DNA of 19,805 nt from Desulfuromonadales bacterium (GTDB lineage: Bacteria; Desulfobacterota; Desulfuromonadia; Geobacterales; Pseudopelobacteraceae), in NCBI GenBank assembly GCA_013377095.1, contig JACAAY010000094.1:1-19805 (forward strand), written 5' to 3'. The position numbers and the translations under genes are program-made. Positions 1 through 8,076 of the stretch are shown one piece after another. The first letter of the stretch is position 1. Each line of letters begins with the position of its first letter. The notes beneath the pieces are model-generated. The model did not search any database. It was not told the DNA's origin and saw only the letters and a program-made list of their open reading frames with translations.

Positions 1-330
1 ATCCGGTCTTTCCTGCGCTCTGATGGCTGGGTGCGGGTCGGATATGATCTGTTGCGGGATTCGGGAAGCGGCAATACATTTGATGGCGAAGATCGCAGAA
101 ACAGGACACCCAAGCTATTGCGCTGCGATCACTGTGATAAGGAATTTAATGCAGCGGATGCGGATTCCAGCTATTCAGTGATAATCCAGGATAATGGGTT
201 TTCAATCCAGATAGTTGAGTCCAGTTTTGTCTATGGAGCATATTACTATTGTTCAGGCAACTGTCTGTGCCGTCGCAAAAAAGGCACATTTTCGATCGAA
301 CAATTGGATGCTCTGGAAGGCCTGGTGTAA
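1..330 (+). CDS. Cys-rich (CxxC…CxxxCxC) zinc-ribbon-like protein, probably C-terminal fragment (ORF is open to the window edge; annotated GTG at 31)
   Basis: Frame 1 is open from nt 1 to TAA at 328-330. Translation contains CDHCD…CSGNCLC cysteine clusters. GC content drops sharply after about nt 80. Confidence 0.4.
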   Translation: MRSFLRSDGWVRVGYDLLRDSGSGNTFDGEDRRNRTPKLLRCDHCDKEFNAADADSSYSVIIQDNGFSIQIVESSFVYGAYYYCSGNCLCRRKKGTFSIEQLDALEGLV

Positions 331-500
331 AGGGCAGATGGGGCAGGCTTCCACTATTGCATAATTCGGTCGAAAGAATAGTCACGTCACTCCCCATTTT
401 CCCTGTTTCCCACACATTTTCATGGACACGGTTTACATGTCCTTTTTGGGGTGTTGAGAAGGGGCTGGTCAATACCAAGTTGGACCAAAGAAAGGAGAGA

Positions 501-827
501 ATGATGAAACTTGAAGTTTATTCGCGACGCTGGGGCCATAACGACGCTTACACAGTGAAATTGACGGACACAGGATGGAATGTGTCTCATGTTGCAATCG
601 GTGGAGCATGCGACAAGCGAGGAATGCCTTATTTATTTGAAAATCTTGACCATGATTCCATTAACTATCCAGAATCTCTCGGAGATTATCTGACTTGGCT
701 TTGGGAAAAAGCAGCGGGGAACAAAATGAATGAGCAACAAATCCAGGAAGCTTTAATCCAAATTGGTCATTGGATTTGCGAGACAGAGAAGGCATCACCA
801 AGTGGTATTTTCGCTGAGTACAAATAG
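501..827 (+). CDS. hypothetical small protein (108 aa), no recognisable domain
   Basis: ATG at 501 follows AAAGGAGAG (491-499). The longer 249-start of the ORF track lacks an RBS. The stop lies 16 nt before the next gene, suggesting an operon. Confidence 0.55.
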   Translation: MMKLEVYSRRWGHNDAYTVKLTDTGWNVSHVAIGGACDKRGMPYLFENLDHDSINYPESLGDYLTWLWEKAAGNKMNEQQIQEALIQIGHWICETEKASPSGIFAEYK

Positions 828-842
828 GTCAGATTCTTTGAT

Positions 843-1808
843 ATGAAGCATTCGAAGCCTTTAAATAAAAACAAGATGTCACCTTCCTCAATAGACCTGA
901 GCAAATACGAAGCAATTGCTTCGCAAAACGCTTCATGCGCTGAGGATATCCAGTGCATTGTAAATGGCGCAGGCATTAAACCGCTTCTTTTTCACCTGCA
1001 GACACAGCTTTCAAGATTATCGTATATTCTCCATGAACCTACCTTTCATTTTCCTGATCCATCCATTCATTCGGAAGTCATGTTAAAGTGTAATAGCATG
1101 TTATTGGATAGACATAATGGTAACAATGACTGTGATATCGGTTATTTGGTGGAGTTAATAAAGAATATTCCGAAGTACAAATCAAATAGCATCCATGTCC
1201 AGATTGAGAGGACGCTAGAAAATGTAGCACACATTGAAAAGAAGTGGTTTTACCCCAATAAGCGCGAGTGCATCGACCAACACAAGAAGCATCTGGAGAA
1301 TCTTGAGGAACTCCGTAAGCAGACCGAACCAATTCTCCTAGAGGTCGAAAGACTTCTATCAGCAAATCAACCAACGTTGAGTCGCCTCACCGAACTACAT
1401 GAGAGTCTTGTTCAGACGACAACTTGGTTAAAGGCCGCAGACCAGAAAATTCAAAAACTTGCCAGCGAGGAGAGGGCAAGGCTGCGGGCGGATATTGAAA
1501 CAGTAAAAAAAGCTAAAATTGCTCGCTTGGATGAAAAATCAAGATCTCTTGCAACGAACCTGAAAAAGGGAATTAAGCCTAGCGCCTTGTGTCCGTACTG
1601 TGGAGGGCCGATAGGAGAAACCCCACATCTTGACCATATCTACCCAATACGAATGGGCGGGTTATCTGTATTAGAAAACCTCGTATTTGTGTGCAGAGAA
1701 TGTAATCTCACCAAAGGTGACATGGGGGTTGTCCAATTCGTTACTTCCAAATCATATGATCTTGCAACTGTCGCCGAACGACTGCACAAACTTGGCAAAA
1801 CTATCTGA
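843..1808 (+). CDS. HNH endonuclease-domain protein with long N-terminal coiled-coil/helical region
   Basis: C-terminus reads CPYCGGPIGETPHLDHIYPIRMGGLSVLENLVFVCRECNLTKGD, the canonical CxxC…H-DH…N…CxxCN HNH (ββα-Me) signature. The central ~150 aa are Glu/Lys/Leu-rich heptad-like sequence (ELRKQTEPILLEVERLL…RARLRADIETVKKAKIARL). The gene sits in the low-GC island. Confidence 0.75.
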   Translation: MKHSKPLNKNKMSPSSIDLSKYEAIASQNASCAEDIQCIVNGAGIKPLLFHLQTQLSRLSYILHEPTFHFPDPSIHSEVMLKCNSMLLDRHNGNNDCDIGYLVELIKNIPKYKSNSIHVQIERTLENVAHIEKKWFYPNKRECIDQHKKHLENLEELRKQTEPILLEVERLLSANQPTLSRLTELHESLVQTTTWLKAADQKIQKLASEERARLRADIETVKKAKIARLDEKSRSLATNLKKGIKPSALCPYCGGPIGETPHLDHIYPIRMGGLSVLENLVFVCRECNLTKGDMGVVQFVTSKSYDLATVAERLHKLGKTI

Positions 1809-1932
1809 ATCGCAACAGATAGGGGAAAACGCTTCAACCAGGCTTACGATCTGCCCCAAGAGACCGGCAGGTCAAAGCCATGCCCGTCGGACAGACAAAC
1901 GACGATTAAACCCCCAATTCGAGAGTGAAACT

Positions 1933-3009
1933 ATGAAATTATTGAGACTTGGCTGCCTTCATTTTTCAGAACTACCTGAGGAATGGGAGAAATGGCGTGG
2001 CACAATCGGCGGCATTGAAATCGGGACAATTGGGAGTAATCGAACAGAAAAAGGCGTGCGGCTCATAGTAATTGCGCAAGCTGAGATGAAATATTTTCCA
2101 AAAGTGACAGCGCAAGGATTAGCGGTAATACCAGAGAAACTTCGGAAACAGCTGGAAGGCTGTATTGAAACAATGGGAAACCTAATATCACTCTCCATCC
2201 GCGGTAGAAGAACCATATCATCCCCCACACCTTCTATTGCACTACTTCCAGAAAATGATGAAGAAAGAACGAGGCTTGCTCAAGTACATGGATTCTCTTT
2301 TTTACCGGGGAATAGGTGTGAAACTGGAAGTTTGATAAAATTTAGTGATATAGGTGAATATTTAGAGCATCTGCAAGACCGATTGGATGGTGTTGCCTTA
2401 TTAGTGGAATCTATTGCTCATGAGCATTTAACTGGAAAGTTTCATGAGTATATTAGGGTGTTTGAAAGAGCGTTTCGCCTTAGCTCGAAGCGACTTATAG
2501 CCCCACTTGCTGACTTCTTATGTACTTCGGCATTTCAGTATTCAGCACAAGAAGTTGAAAATTGGATTCTGAACATCCGGCACCCAATAACACATGCTGA
2601 CGAACGTGAGTGTTTTCTTTTGGAGTCTGATGTAAGGCCAGTGATAAGACGAGTGGAACAAGCTGCATATGATGTTCTTTTTAACAAAGAGATGTGGCGA
2701 AACCCTCAAAGCAACAGGAGAGATGTTTGGCAACCGCCATTTGGTACAAATTCAACAAATGGCGACATTTTTATAACGCAAGGCTTTGAAGTTAATTTAG
2801 AGAACCAGATTCTTGATGAATTCCAGGCGTACCCACTAGATTTACAGGGCATTATGAAAAACATACCAATTGAGTGGTTAGCTTTCCCACCATCAGAAAT
2901 AAGGGCCAGCGGTCAAGTAACTGTAAAACCAAAACCATTTTCCGAAGCAGAGAGTAGCATAACAGACCCAATAGAGCGAGATCCCAACCAGGCAGAAGCA
3001 CCGGCCTAA
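1933..3009 (+). CDS. hypothetical protein with Rx4H (HEPN-like) motif, possible abortive-infection-type RNase
   Basis: ATG at 1933 begins MKLLRLG. An earlier in-frame start at 1687 would overlap the HNH gene by 120 nt. Motif NIRHPITHADERE matches R-x4-H. There is no other recognisable domain. The gene is co-directional and low-GC. Confidence 0.5.
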   Translation: MKLLRLGCLHFSELPEEWEKWRGTIGGIEIGTIGSNRTEKGVRLIVIAQAEMKYFPKVTAQGLAVIPEKLRKQLEGCIETMGNLISLSIRGRRTISSPTPSIALLPENDEERTRLAQVHGFSFLPGNRCETGSLIKFSDIGEYLEHLQDRLDGVALLVESIAHEHLTGKFHEYIRVFERAFRLSSKRLIAPLADFLCTSAFQYSAQEVENWILNIRHPITHADERECFLLESDVRPVIRRVEQAAYDVLFNKEMWRNPQSNRRDVWQPPFGTNSTNGDIFITQGFEVNLENQILDEFQAYPLDLQGIMKNIPIEWLAFPPSEIRASGQVTVKPKPFSEAESSITDPIERDPNQAEAPA

Positions 3010-3122
3010 AACCGCCGCAGTTCTCCCGGCCCGTTCTTCTCAAACTACAAAAGCAACGTCTGACCTTAAGATGCAAAAACAGTTTCCCGTTACTAAGAAC
3101 GAAACACTAACCGGAGGAACCC

Positions 3123-5645
3123 ATGTACAATGTCTTTACTCTGCTGTCCTGGCTCGCTCAGCACACCCACTATCTGCTGGGCTTTGCCGCCTTTATCATC
3201 CTGGTCTGGAACTCGGTGGTGGTTGTGGGGGGCAACGAGATCGCCCTGATCGAACGCAGGTGGTTCGGCAGCAAGATGCCCCAGGGGCGGGTTGTGGCCC
3301 TGGGCAATGAGGTCGGTATCCAGGCCCGCACCCTGGGACCGGGCCTGCACTTCCTGATCCCCTTTATCTACAAGGCCACCAAGAGTGTCTTTACCGAGAT
3401 TCTGGAAAACGAGATCGGTCTGATCGAGTCGGTGGATGGATCATCCATCCCGGCCGGCAGGATCTTTGCCGAGGTCGTGGCCGGTCACAACTCCTTCCAG
3501 GATGGGGAGGTGTTCATCAAGAACGGCGGACAGAAGGGACCGCAGATCGAACTGCTGCCCCCCGGCAAGTACCGCATTAACCCCTACCTGTTCAAGCTGA
3601 CCAAGGGTAATGTCACCGAGATCAAGGATTTTGAGATCGGTATCGTGGAATCGGTTGACGGCGTCGCCATCCCGGAGGGGAGGATCTTTGCCCAGGCCGT
3701 GGAAGGCCACTCCTCCTTTCAGAACGGAGACGCCTTTATCAAGAACGGCGGCCAGAAGGGACCGCAGATCGATATCATCCCTCCCGGCAACTACCGCATC
3801 AACCCCTACCTGTTCAAGGTCACCAAGAGTTCGGCCACCAAGATCAGCGAAGGGGAGATCGGTCTGGTGGAGTCGGCCGATGGTTCGGCCATTCCTGCCG
3901 GCCGTATCTTCGCCACCGTGGTCCCCGGCCACAACGCCTTCCAGTCCGGCCAGGACTTCATCACGAGCGGCGGCCAGAAAGGTCCCCAGACCGAGATCCT
4001 GCCCCCCGGTGTCTACCGCATCCATCCCAACCTGTTCAAGGTCACCAAGGCCGAGGCGGTGGTGATCGCCAAGGGGCAGGTGGGCATGGTCACCGCCCAG
4101 GACGGCGCTCCCATCCCCATGGGACGGCTGCTGGCCCAGAGCGTCACCGGTCACTCCAATTACGAGAACGGCGAGGCCTTCCTGAAAAACGGCGGCCAGA
4201 AGGGGCCGCAGATCGACGTGCTGCTGCCCGGCACCTACCGCATCAACCTGAACCTGTTCCAGATCCAGATCGCTCCGGCGGTGGTGATCGAAGCCAACAA
4301 GGTCGGTCTGGTCACCGCCCTGGACGGTATTCCGCTGCCGGAACGGGAATACGTTGCCTGTCCCATTACCGGTCACAACGATTATCAGGACGGCTCCGCC
4401 TTCCTGACCAAGCGGGGACAGCGCGGACCGCAGCTGGATGTGCTGCGGCCGGGAACCTATTACATCAACCCCTTCATGTTCGGCGTTGAGGTTGACAGTG
4501 TGGCCGTGATCGAGCGCGGCCAGGTCGGGGTGATTGTGTCCAACGTGGGTGAGGACCCCACCGAGGAGATGAAGAAACGGCTCGGTTCGACCCAGCTGGG
4601 CGCTTCCGAGGAGGAGGGCAAGGAGAAGTACGTCGTGCCCAAGGGCTTCCGCGGCATCCAGGAAGAGGTGGCCGGTCCCGGTCGCTACTATCTCAACCGG
4701 CGGGCCTTCATGGTCTACGTCATCGACACCACCAACATCACCATCGACTGGGACGATCAGGCCGAGACCCGCTTCGACCAGCTGACGGTCATCTCCAAGG
4801 ATGGTTTCCCGATCCAGGTGGCAGTCAAGGTCGTCATCCGCGTCCGTCCGGACCAGGCGCCCTATATGGTGGCCAAGGTCGGCTCCATCGACAACCTGAT
4901 CCAGCACGTCATCCACCCCATGATCGACTCCTCCTTCAGGAACCAGGCTTCCACCGCCTCGGCCATGAACTTCCTCCAGAGCCGCTCGGAAGAGCAGACC
5001 AAGGCCGAAACCCGCGCCCGGGCCGATCTGGAGCGCTATCATGTGGAGTGCGTATCGGTGCTGATCTGCCAGATCAAGCTGCCCGAAGAGCTGATGCAGA
5101 CCCAGACCAAACGGATCATCGCCGAACAGCAGCAGGAGATGTACAAGATGGAGCAGCGCTCCCAGGCCGAGCGCACCGAGATGGAGAAGATGCGCGCCAC
5201 CGCCGACCAGCAGCCGACCCTGGTTGCGTCTGAAATCGCCGTCAAGGTTGCCACCCAGAAGAAGACCGAGATGATCACCCTGGCCGAGGGTAATGCCGAG
5301 GCCAAGGCCCTGGAGGGTGTGGGTGAGGGCAAGCGGTTGAAAGCCATCGGCGACGGCGAAGCCTCCAAGATCGCCGCCATCGGCGAGGCCACCGCCCAGG
5401 CCTACAACAAGCAGCAGGAGGCCATCGGCGAGGAGGCCATCAAGCAGATCAAGATCGTGGAGCTGATTGCGGCGGCCATCGAAAACGGTCACATCAAGAT
5501 CGTTCCGGATGTGCTTGTCACGGGCGGAGGCAGCGCTACGGATGGACTGATGGGGATGTTGACCAAGCTGCTACCCGGTGTGGATCTTGGCGGTCTGCTG
5601 AAGAAGCCGGTTTCAGCGGCGGTTGAGACGATTACGAAATCATAA
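3123..5645 (+). CDS. flotillin-like SPFH/band-7 protein with N-terminal TM helix and internal tandem repeats
   Basis: RBS CCGGAGGAA precedes the ATG. The N-terminus LLGFAAFIILVWNSVVVV is hydrophobic. Segment 'PGLHFLIPFI' is typical of an SPFH domain start. The C-terminal half (DTTNITIDWDD…SKDGFPIQVAVKVVIRV…AEQQQEMYKMEQRSQAERTEMEKMRA…EAKALEGVGEGKRLKAIGDGEASKIAAIGEA) resembles YqiK/FloT flotillin with the EA-rich coiled coil. GC is high. Confidence 0.85.
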   Translation: MYNVFTLLSWLAQHTHYLLGFAAFIILVWNSVVVVGGNEIALIERRWFGSKMPQGRVVALGNEVGIQARTLGPGLHFLIPFIYKATKSVFTEILENEIGLIESVDGSSIPAGRIFAEVVAGHNSFQDGEVFIKNGGQKGPQIELLPPGKYRINPYLFKLTKGNVTEIKDFEIGIVESVDGVAIPEGRIFAQAVEGHSSFQNGDAFIKNGGQKGPQIDIIPPGNYRINPYLFKVTKSSATKISEGEIGLVESADGSAIPAGRIFATVVPGHNAFQSGQDFITSGGQKGPQTEILPPGVYRIHPNLFKVTKAEAVVIAKGQVGMVTAQDGAPIPMGRLLAQSVTGHSNYENGEAFLKNGGQKGPQIDVLLPGTYRINLNLFQIQIAPAVVIEANKVGLVTALDGIPLPEREYVACPITGHNDYQDGSAFLTKRGQRGPQLDVLRPGTYYINPFMFGVEVDSVAVIERGQVGVIVSNVGEDPTEEMKKRLGSTQLGASEEEGKEKYVVPKGFRGIQEEVAGPGRYYLNRRAFMVYVIDTTNITIDWDDQAETRFDQLTVISKDGFPIQVAVKVVIRVRPDQAPYMVAKVGSIDNLIQHVIHPMIDSSFRNQASTASAMNFLQSRSEEQTKAETRARADLERYHVECVSVLICQIKLPEELMQTQTKRIIAEQQQEMYKMEQRSQAERTEMEKMRATADQQPTLVASEIAVKVATQKKTEMITLAEGNAEAKALEGVGEGKRLKAIGDGEASKIAAIGEATAQAYNKQQEAIGEEAIKQIKIVELIAAAIENGHIKIVPDVLVTGGGSATDGLMGMLTKLLPGVDLGGLLKKPVSAAVETITKS
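3411..4520 (+). repeat. five tandem 222-bp (74-aa) in-frame repeats inside the flotillin-like gene
   Basis: Unit starts fall at 3411, 3633, 3855, 4077 and 4299. The peptide units are EIGLIESVDGSSIPAGRIFA…GHNSFQDGEVFIKNGGQKGPQIELLPPGKYRINPYLFKLTK, repeated with roughly 60-80% identity. The DNA copies begin gagatcggtctgatcgag / gagatcggtatcgtggaa. Confidence 0.8.
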
Positions 5646-5658
5646 GGCGCTGGACTTG

Positions 5659-5693
5659 GCCTCACGATTACCTCGTGATTACTTGGATTTTAG
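5659..5693 (+). repeat. left copy of ~35-bp direct repeat flanking the GxxExxY gene
   Basis: gcctcaCgattacctcgTgattacTTggatttta here matches gcctcaAgattacctcgCgattacCAggatttta at 6198-6233 (about 31 of 35 nt). Each copy contains an internal GATTAC…GATTAC duplication. Confidence 0.6.
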
Positions 5694-5788
5694 AATCTGA
5701 CAATCTGTGAATTATGGGAAACCATTAGTCCAATAACTGTCATGCAAACTCGCGAAGTCTTTTGAATTGGCAGTGTAAAAGGTCTGGA

Positions 5789-6163
5789 ATGACAAGGTAC
5801 GACAACTCCAATTTAACGGAGCAGATCATCAGTTGTGCATTTGAAGTCCATAATATCCTGGGTACCGGATTTTTAGAGAAGGTATACGAGAACGCTTTGC
5901 TGGAAGAACTGATAGTTAGAGGCATTAAAACGGAAGCACAAAAACCGATTTCAGTGGTTTACAAGGGTAAGGTTGTCGGCGAATATTTTGCAGATCTTGT
6001 TGTCGAAGGTTCAATAATCATTGAACTGAAGGCATTAGATAAACTAACGGATATCCATGAAATCCAGCTCAAGAATTATCTGAAAGCGACGAACATCAAG
6101 CTGGGGTTGCTGATCAATTTCGGCAAGAGTGTGGACGTAAAACGTAAATATGTCAGAACCTGA
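5789..6163 (+). CDS. GxxExxY protein (PD-(D/E)XK nuclease-like small protein family)
   Basis: Motif GFLEKVYENAL carries the G-x-x-E-x-x-Y signature. Size is about 124 aa. ATG at 5789 follows AAAAGG. The gene lies in a low-GC patch between the direct repeats. Confidence 0.75.
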   Translation: MTRYDNSNLTEQIISCAFEVHNILGTGFLEKVYENALLEELIVRGIKTEAQKPISVVYKGKVVGEYFADLVVEGSIIIELKALDKLTDIHEIQLKNYLKATNIKLGLLINFGKSVDVKRKYVRT

Positions 6164-6197
6164 GAGGGTATTGAGACGATCGTACTGCATTTGGTTT

Positions 6198-6233
6198 GCC
6201 TCAAGATTACCTCGCGATTACCAGGATTTTATG
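6198..6233 (+). repeat. right copy of ~35-bp direct repeat flanking the GxxExxY gene
   Basis: See the left copy at 5659-5693. The two copies lie about 540 bp apart in the same orientation. Confidence 0.6.
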
Positions 6234-6345
6234 TCTTAATCATGAATCATGAAGTAATCTCGAGGAAATCAAGAGGCTAAATTATTGTTTTTGTTTTACG
6301 CGCTTGATAATCCCCCACATCACAACCGGCACCAAGGAGGCGCCC

Positions 6346-7377
6346 ATGCGGCTGACATTTTTAGTTGTTCTGCTGATCGCTGTCTGTACGAGCAACCTGG
6401 CATTCGGAGCGGCAACTGTTTTTTTCAAGGACGGCTCCAGGGAGGTTGGTAATTCGGTCTGGATCGAAGGCACTACGGTCTTCCTGAGCAAGGCGAAGAC
6501 CATCTTCGAGTTCACCAGCGATGAAGTGCTGATGGAAGAGACTCAGAAATTCAACCGCATCGGGACGTTTTCCGAGAAGACCACCTCCGATTCCCGGGCA
6601 CGCGTTGCTGAAGGAGCAGCGCCTAATAATGACCTTGTCGAACAGTTGATCAAGGGATCGAGCTTTGACCGGCAGATCGATCAGTTTATCCAGCAGTTTA
6701 CGGCCGGCGCCCTGTCATCCGCCGGCGAAAATAACGAGTTTAATGAAATCCTTGCCCAGGCTTTGGCCGGTTTCGATGCGAGCGAAGCCAAACAGAGGAT
6801 ACGCGCCTATTATGGTTCGCATCTGGACAGCAAAACATTGCAAGCGATTGTTGCCTGGACGAAAAGCCCGCTGGGGTTGAAGGTCAGCGAGGCTCAAATT
6901 AGTAATGCGGTGACATCAGCGGACATGGCGCAGCAGATACTGAGCGATCTGGAAGAAAATCCGCCGTCTGCCCGGCTCCGGGCGCTGATCCAGGAGTTGG
7001 ACAGTGCCGGGAGAACTACGGAGATGTCACTGCAGTTGATTGTGGATGCGGTCTCCGGGGCCATAAGCTCCATTCCCGGCAAAACCTCCGATAAAAAGAA
7101 GGCCCGCCGAGAAATCATCCAGAAGATAAACCAGCAGAAGGCCGAATATGAGCCGCAGTTGCGCAAGATGGTGCAAGCTGGCCTGATCCACACCTATGCT
7201 GATCTCAGTGACGGTGAACTACGGGAATTCATAGCGTTCATGCGCAGCGATCCGGCCAGGAAATTCACAAAAGCAACCATGGGAGCCCTGGGAGAGATGA
7301 CCAGGACCATGTCAGCTGCGATGACCAAACGGATCGTGAAGGCAGCTGAACGGAAGATGGAATCGAACGAGCAGTAA
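6346..7377 (+). CDS. secreted hypothetical protein (signal peptide, largely helical)
   Basis: ATG at 6346 follows AAGGAGG. The N-terminus MRLTFLVVLLIAVCTSNLAFGAA is a typical signal peptide. The rest has no identifiable catalytic motif. Confidence 0.65.
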   Translation: MRLTFLVVLLIAVCTSNLAFGAATVFFKDGSREVGNSVWIEGTTVFLSKAKTIFEFTSDEVLMEETQKFNRIGTFSEKTTSDSRARVAEGAAPNNDLVEQLIKGSSFDRQIDQFIQQFTAGALSSAGENNEFNEILAQALAGFDASEAKQRIRAYYGSHLDSKTLQAIVAWTKSPLGLKVSEAQISNAVTSADMAQQILSDLEENPPSARLRALIQELDSAGRTTEMSLQLIVDAVSGAISSIPGKTSDKKKARREIIQKINQQKAEYEPQLRKMVQAGLIHTYADLSDGELREFIAFMRSDPARKFTKATMGALGEMTRTMSAAMTKRIVKAAERKMESNEQ

Positions 7378-7459
7378 CAGCCAAATACTGGTTGGTGGAC
7401 CAATATCCGATTAAAGATGGTCCATGGGCTTTTCTTTGGCAATCAGGGTTCAATGGCGA

Positions 7460-7489
7460 TTGACACCCACCTATTTGTGGTGCTAGTAT
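7460..7489 (+). promoter_or_regulatory. sigma-70-like promoter for the ferritin-like gene
   Basis: TTGACA (7460-7465), an 18-nt spacer and TAGTAT (7484-7489) lie about 40 nt upstream of the GGAAGGAG RBS and ATG at 7526. Confidence 0.35.
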
Positions 7490-7525
7490 GCGCCCAAAAT
7501 AAATACGCATACGGAAGGAGTTCAA

Positions 7526-7990
7526 ATGAGCATCTTTGCAGCCAGTGACGTTTTGCAGTTTGCCGTACGCATGGAAGAGAATGGCGGGCTTTTTTATACT
7601 AAAGCGGCCGAGCTTTCCGGAAACAGCGAGGCAAAAAAGTTATTCGGATTCTTGGCCTCTGAAGAGGCTGAGCACAAGAAGACATTCGAAAAATTTCTTT
7701 CCCAGGTAACCCTGTATGAGCCTCCCGAAGAGTATCCGGGCGAGTACCTGTCGTATCTCCATAACTACATCGATGGCAAAGTGTTTTTTACAAACGATGC
7801 CTCAATGACCAAAACCATTGATGTTGCCAGTGCCCTGGAGTTTGCCATCCAGAGGGAGATGGATGCCATTCTCTATTATTCTGAGTTGAAGGCATTCGTA
7901 AACGCAGACGACCAGAAACCTCTTGACGCCATTATTGACGAAGAGCGCAAGCACTTTGCGCAGCTGTCGGAAATCAGAAAAAATCTGTAA
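7526..7990 (+). CDS. ferritin-like / rubrerythrin-family diiron protein (no rubredoxin domain)
   Basis: Paired E…ExxH motifs are present (EEAEHKK and EERKHF, with the E-x-x-E-M pattern in ALEFAIQREMDAILYY). RBS is GGAAGGAG. Confidence 0.75.
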   Translation: MSIFAASDVLQFAVRMEENGGLFYTKAAELSGNSEAKKLFGFLASEEAEHKKTFEKFLSQVTLYEPPEEYPGEYLSYLHNYIDGKVFFTNDASMTKTIDVASALEFAIQREMDAILYYSELKAFVNADDQKPLDAIIDEERKHFAQLSEIRKNL

Positions 7991-8013
7991 TAGCAGCGAT
8001 ATACAAGCTGAAC

Positions 8014-8053
8014 AAAAAAACCTCCCTTCTCACTGAAAAGGGAGGTTTTTTTG
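8014..8053. terminator. bidirectional rho-independent terminator between convergent genes
   Basis: aaaaaaaCCTCCCttctcactgaaaaGGGAGGttttttt is a GC stem flanked by an A-run and a T-run. It sits between the ferritin-like gene (+) and the hydrolase gene (-). Confidence 0.7.
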
Positions 8054-8076
8054 TGCCCACGGAGAAAAATTCACCA

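Noticed and set aside
249-500. Longer 192-aa version of the small protein starting at 249, and the 146-478 minus ORF
   Set aside because: The 249 start overlaps the upstream gene's 3' end and lacks an RBS, whereas ATG 501 has AAAGGAGAG. The minus ORF has no support.
1687-1932. Upstream extension of the Rx4H protein to nt 1687
   Set aside because: It would overlap the last 120 nt of the HNH gene in another frame, with no RBS. ATG 1933 (MKLLRLG) is more plausible, though its SD (GAGAG) is weak, so the true start remains uncertain.
3610-4065. 151-aa plus-strand alternative-frame ORF inside the flotillin repeats (Pro/Arg/Ser-rich)
   Set aside because: It is an off-frame reading of the repeat array. 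The periodic sequence keeps frames open by chance, and it has no RBS.
3441-5492. 683-aa minus-strand ORF antisense to the flotillin-like gene
   Set aside because: Its Gly/Leu/Asp/His-rich low-complexity translation is typical of the reverse frame of a high-GC gene. It has no RBS, and the plus-strand product has clear flotillin homology. This is a composition artefact.
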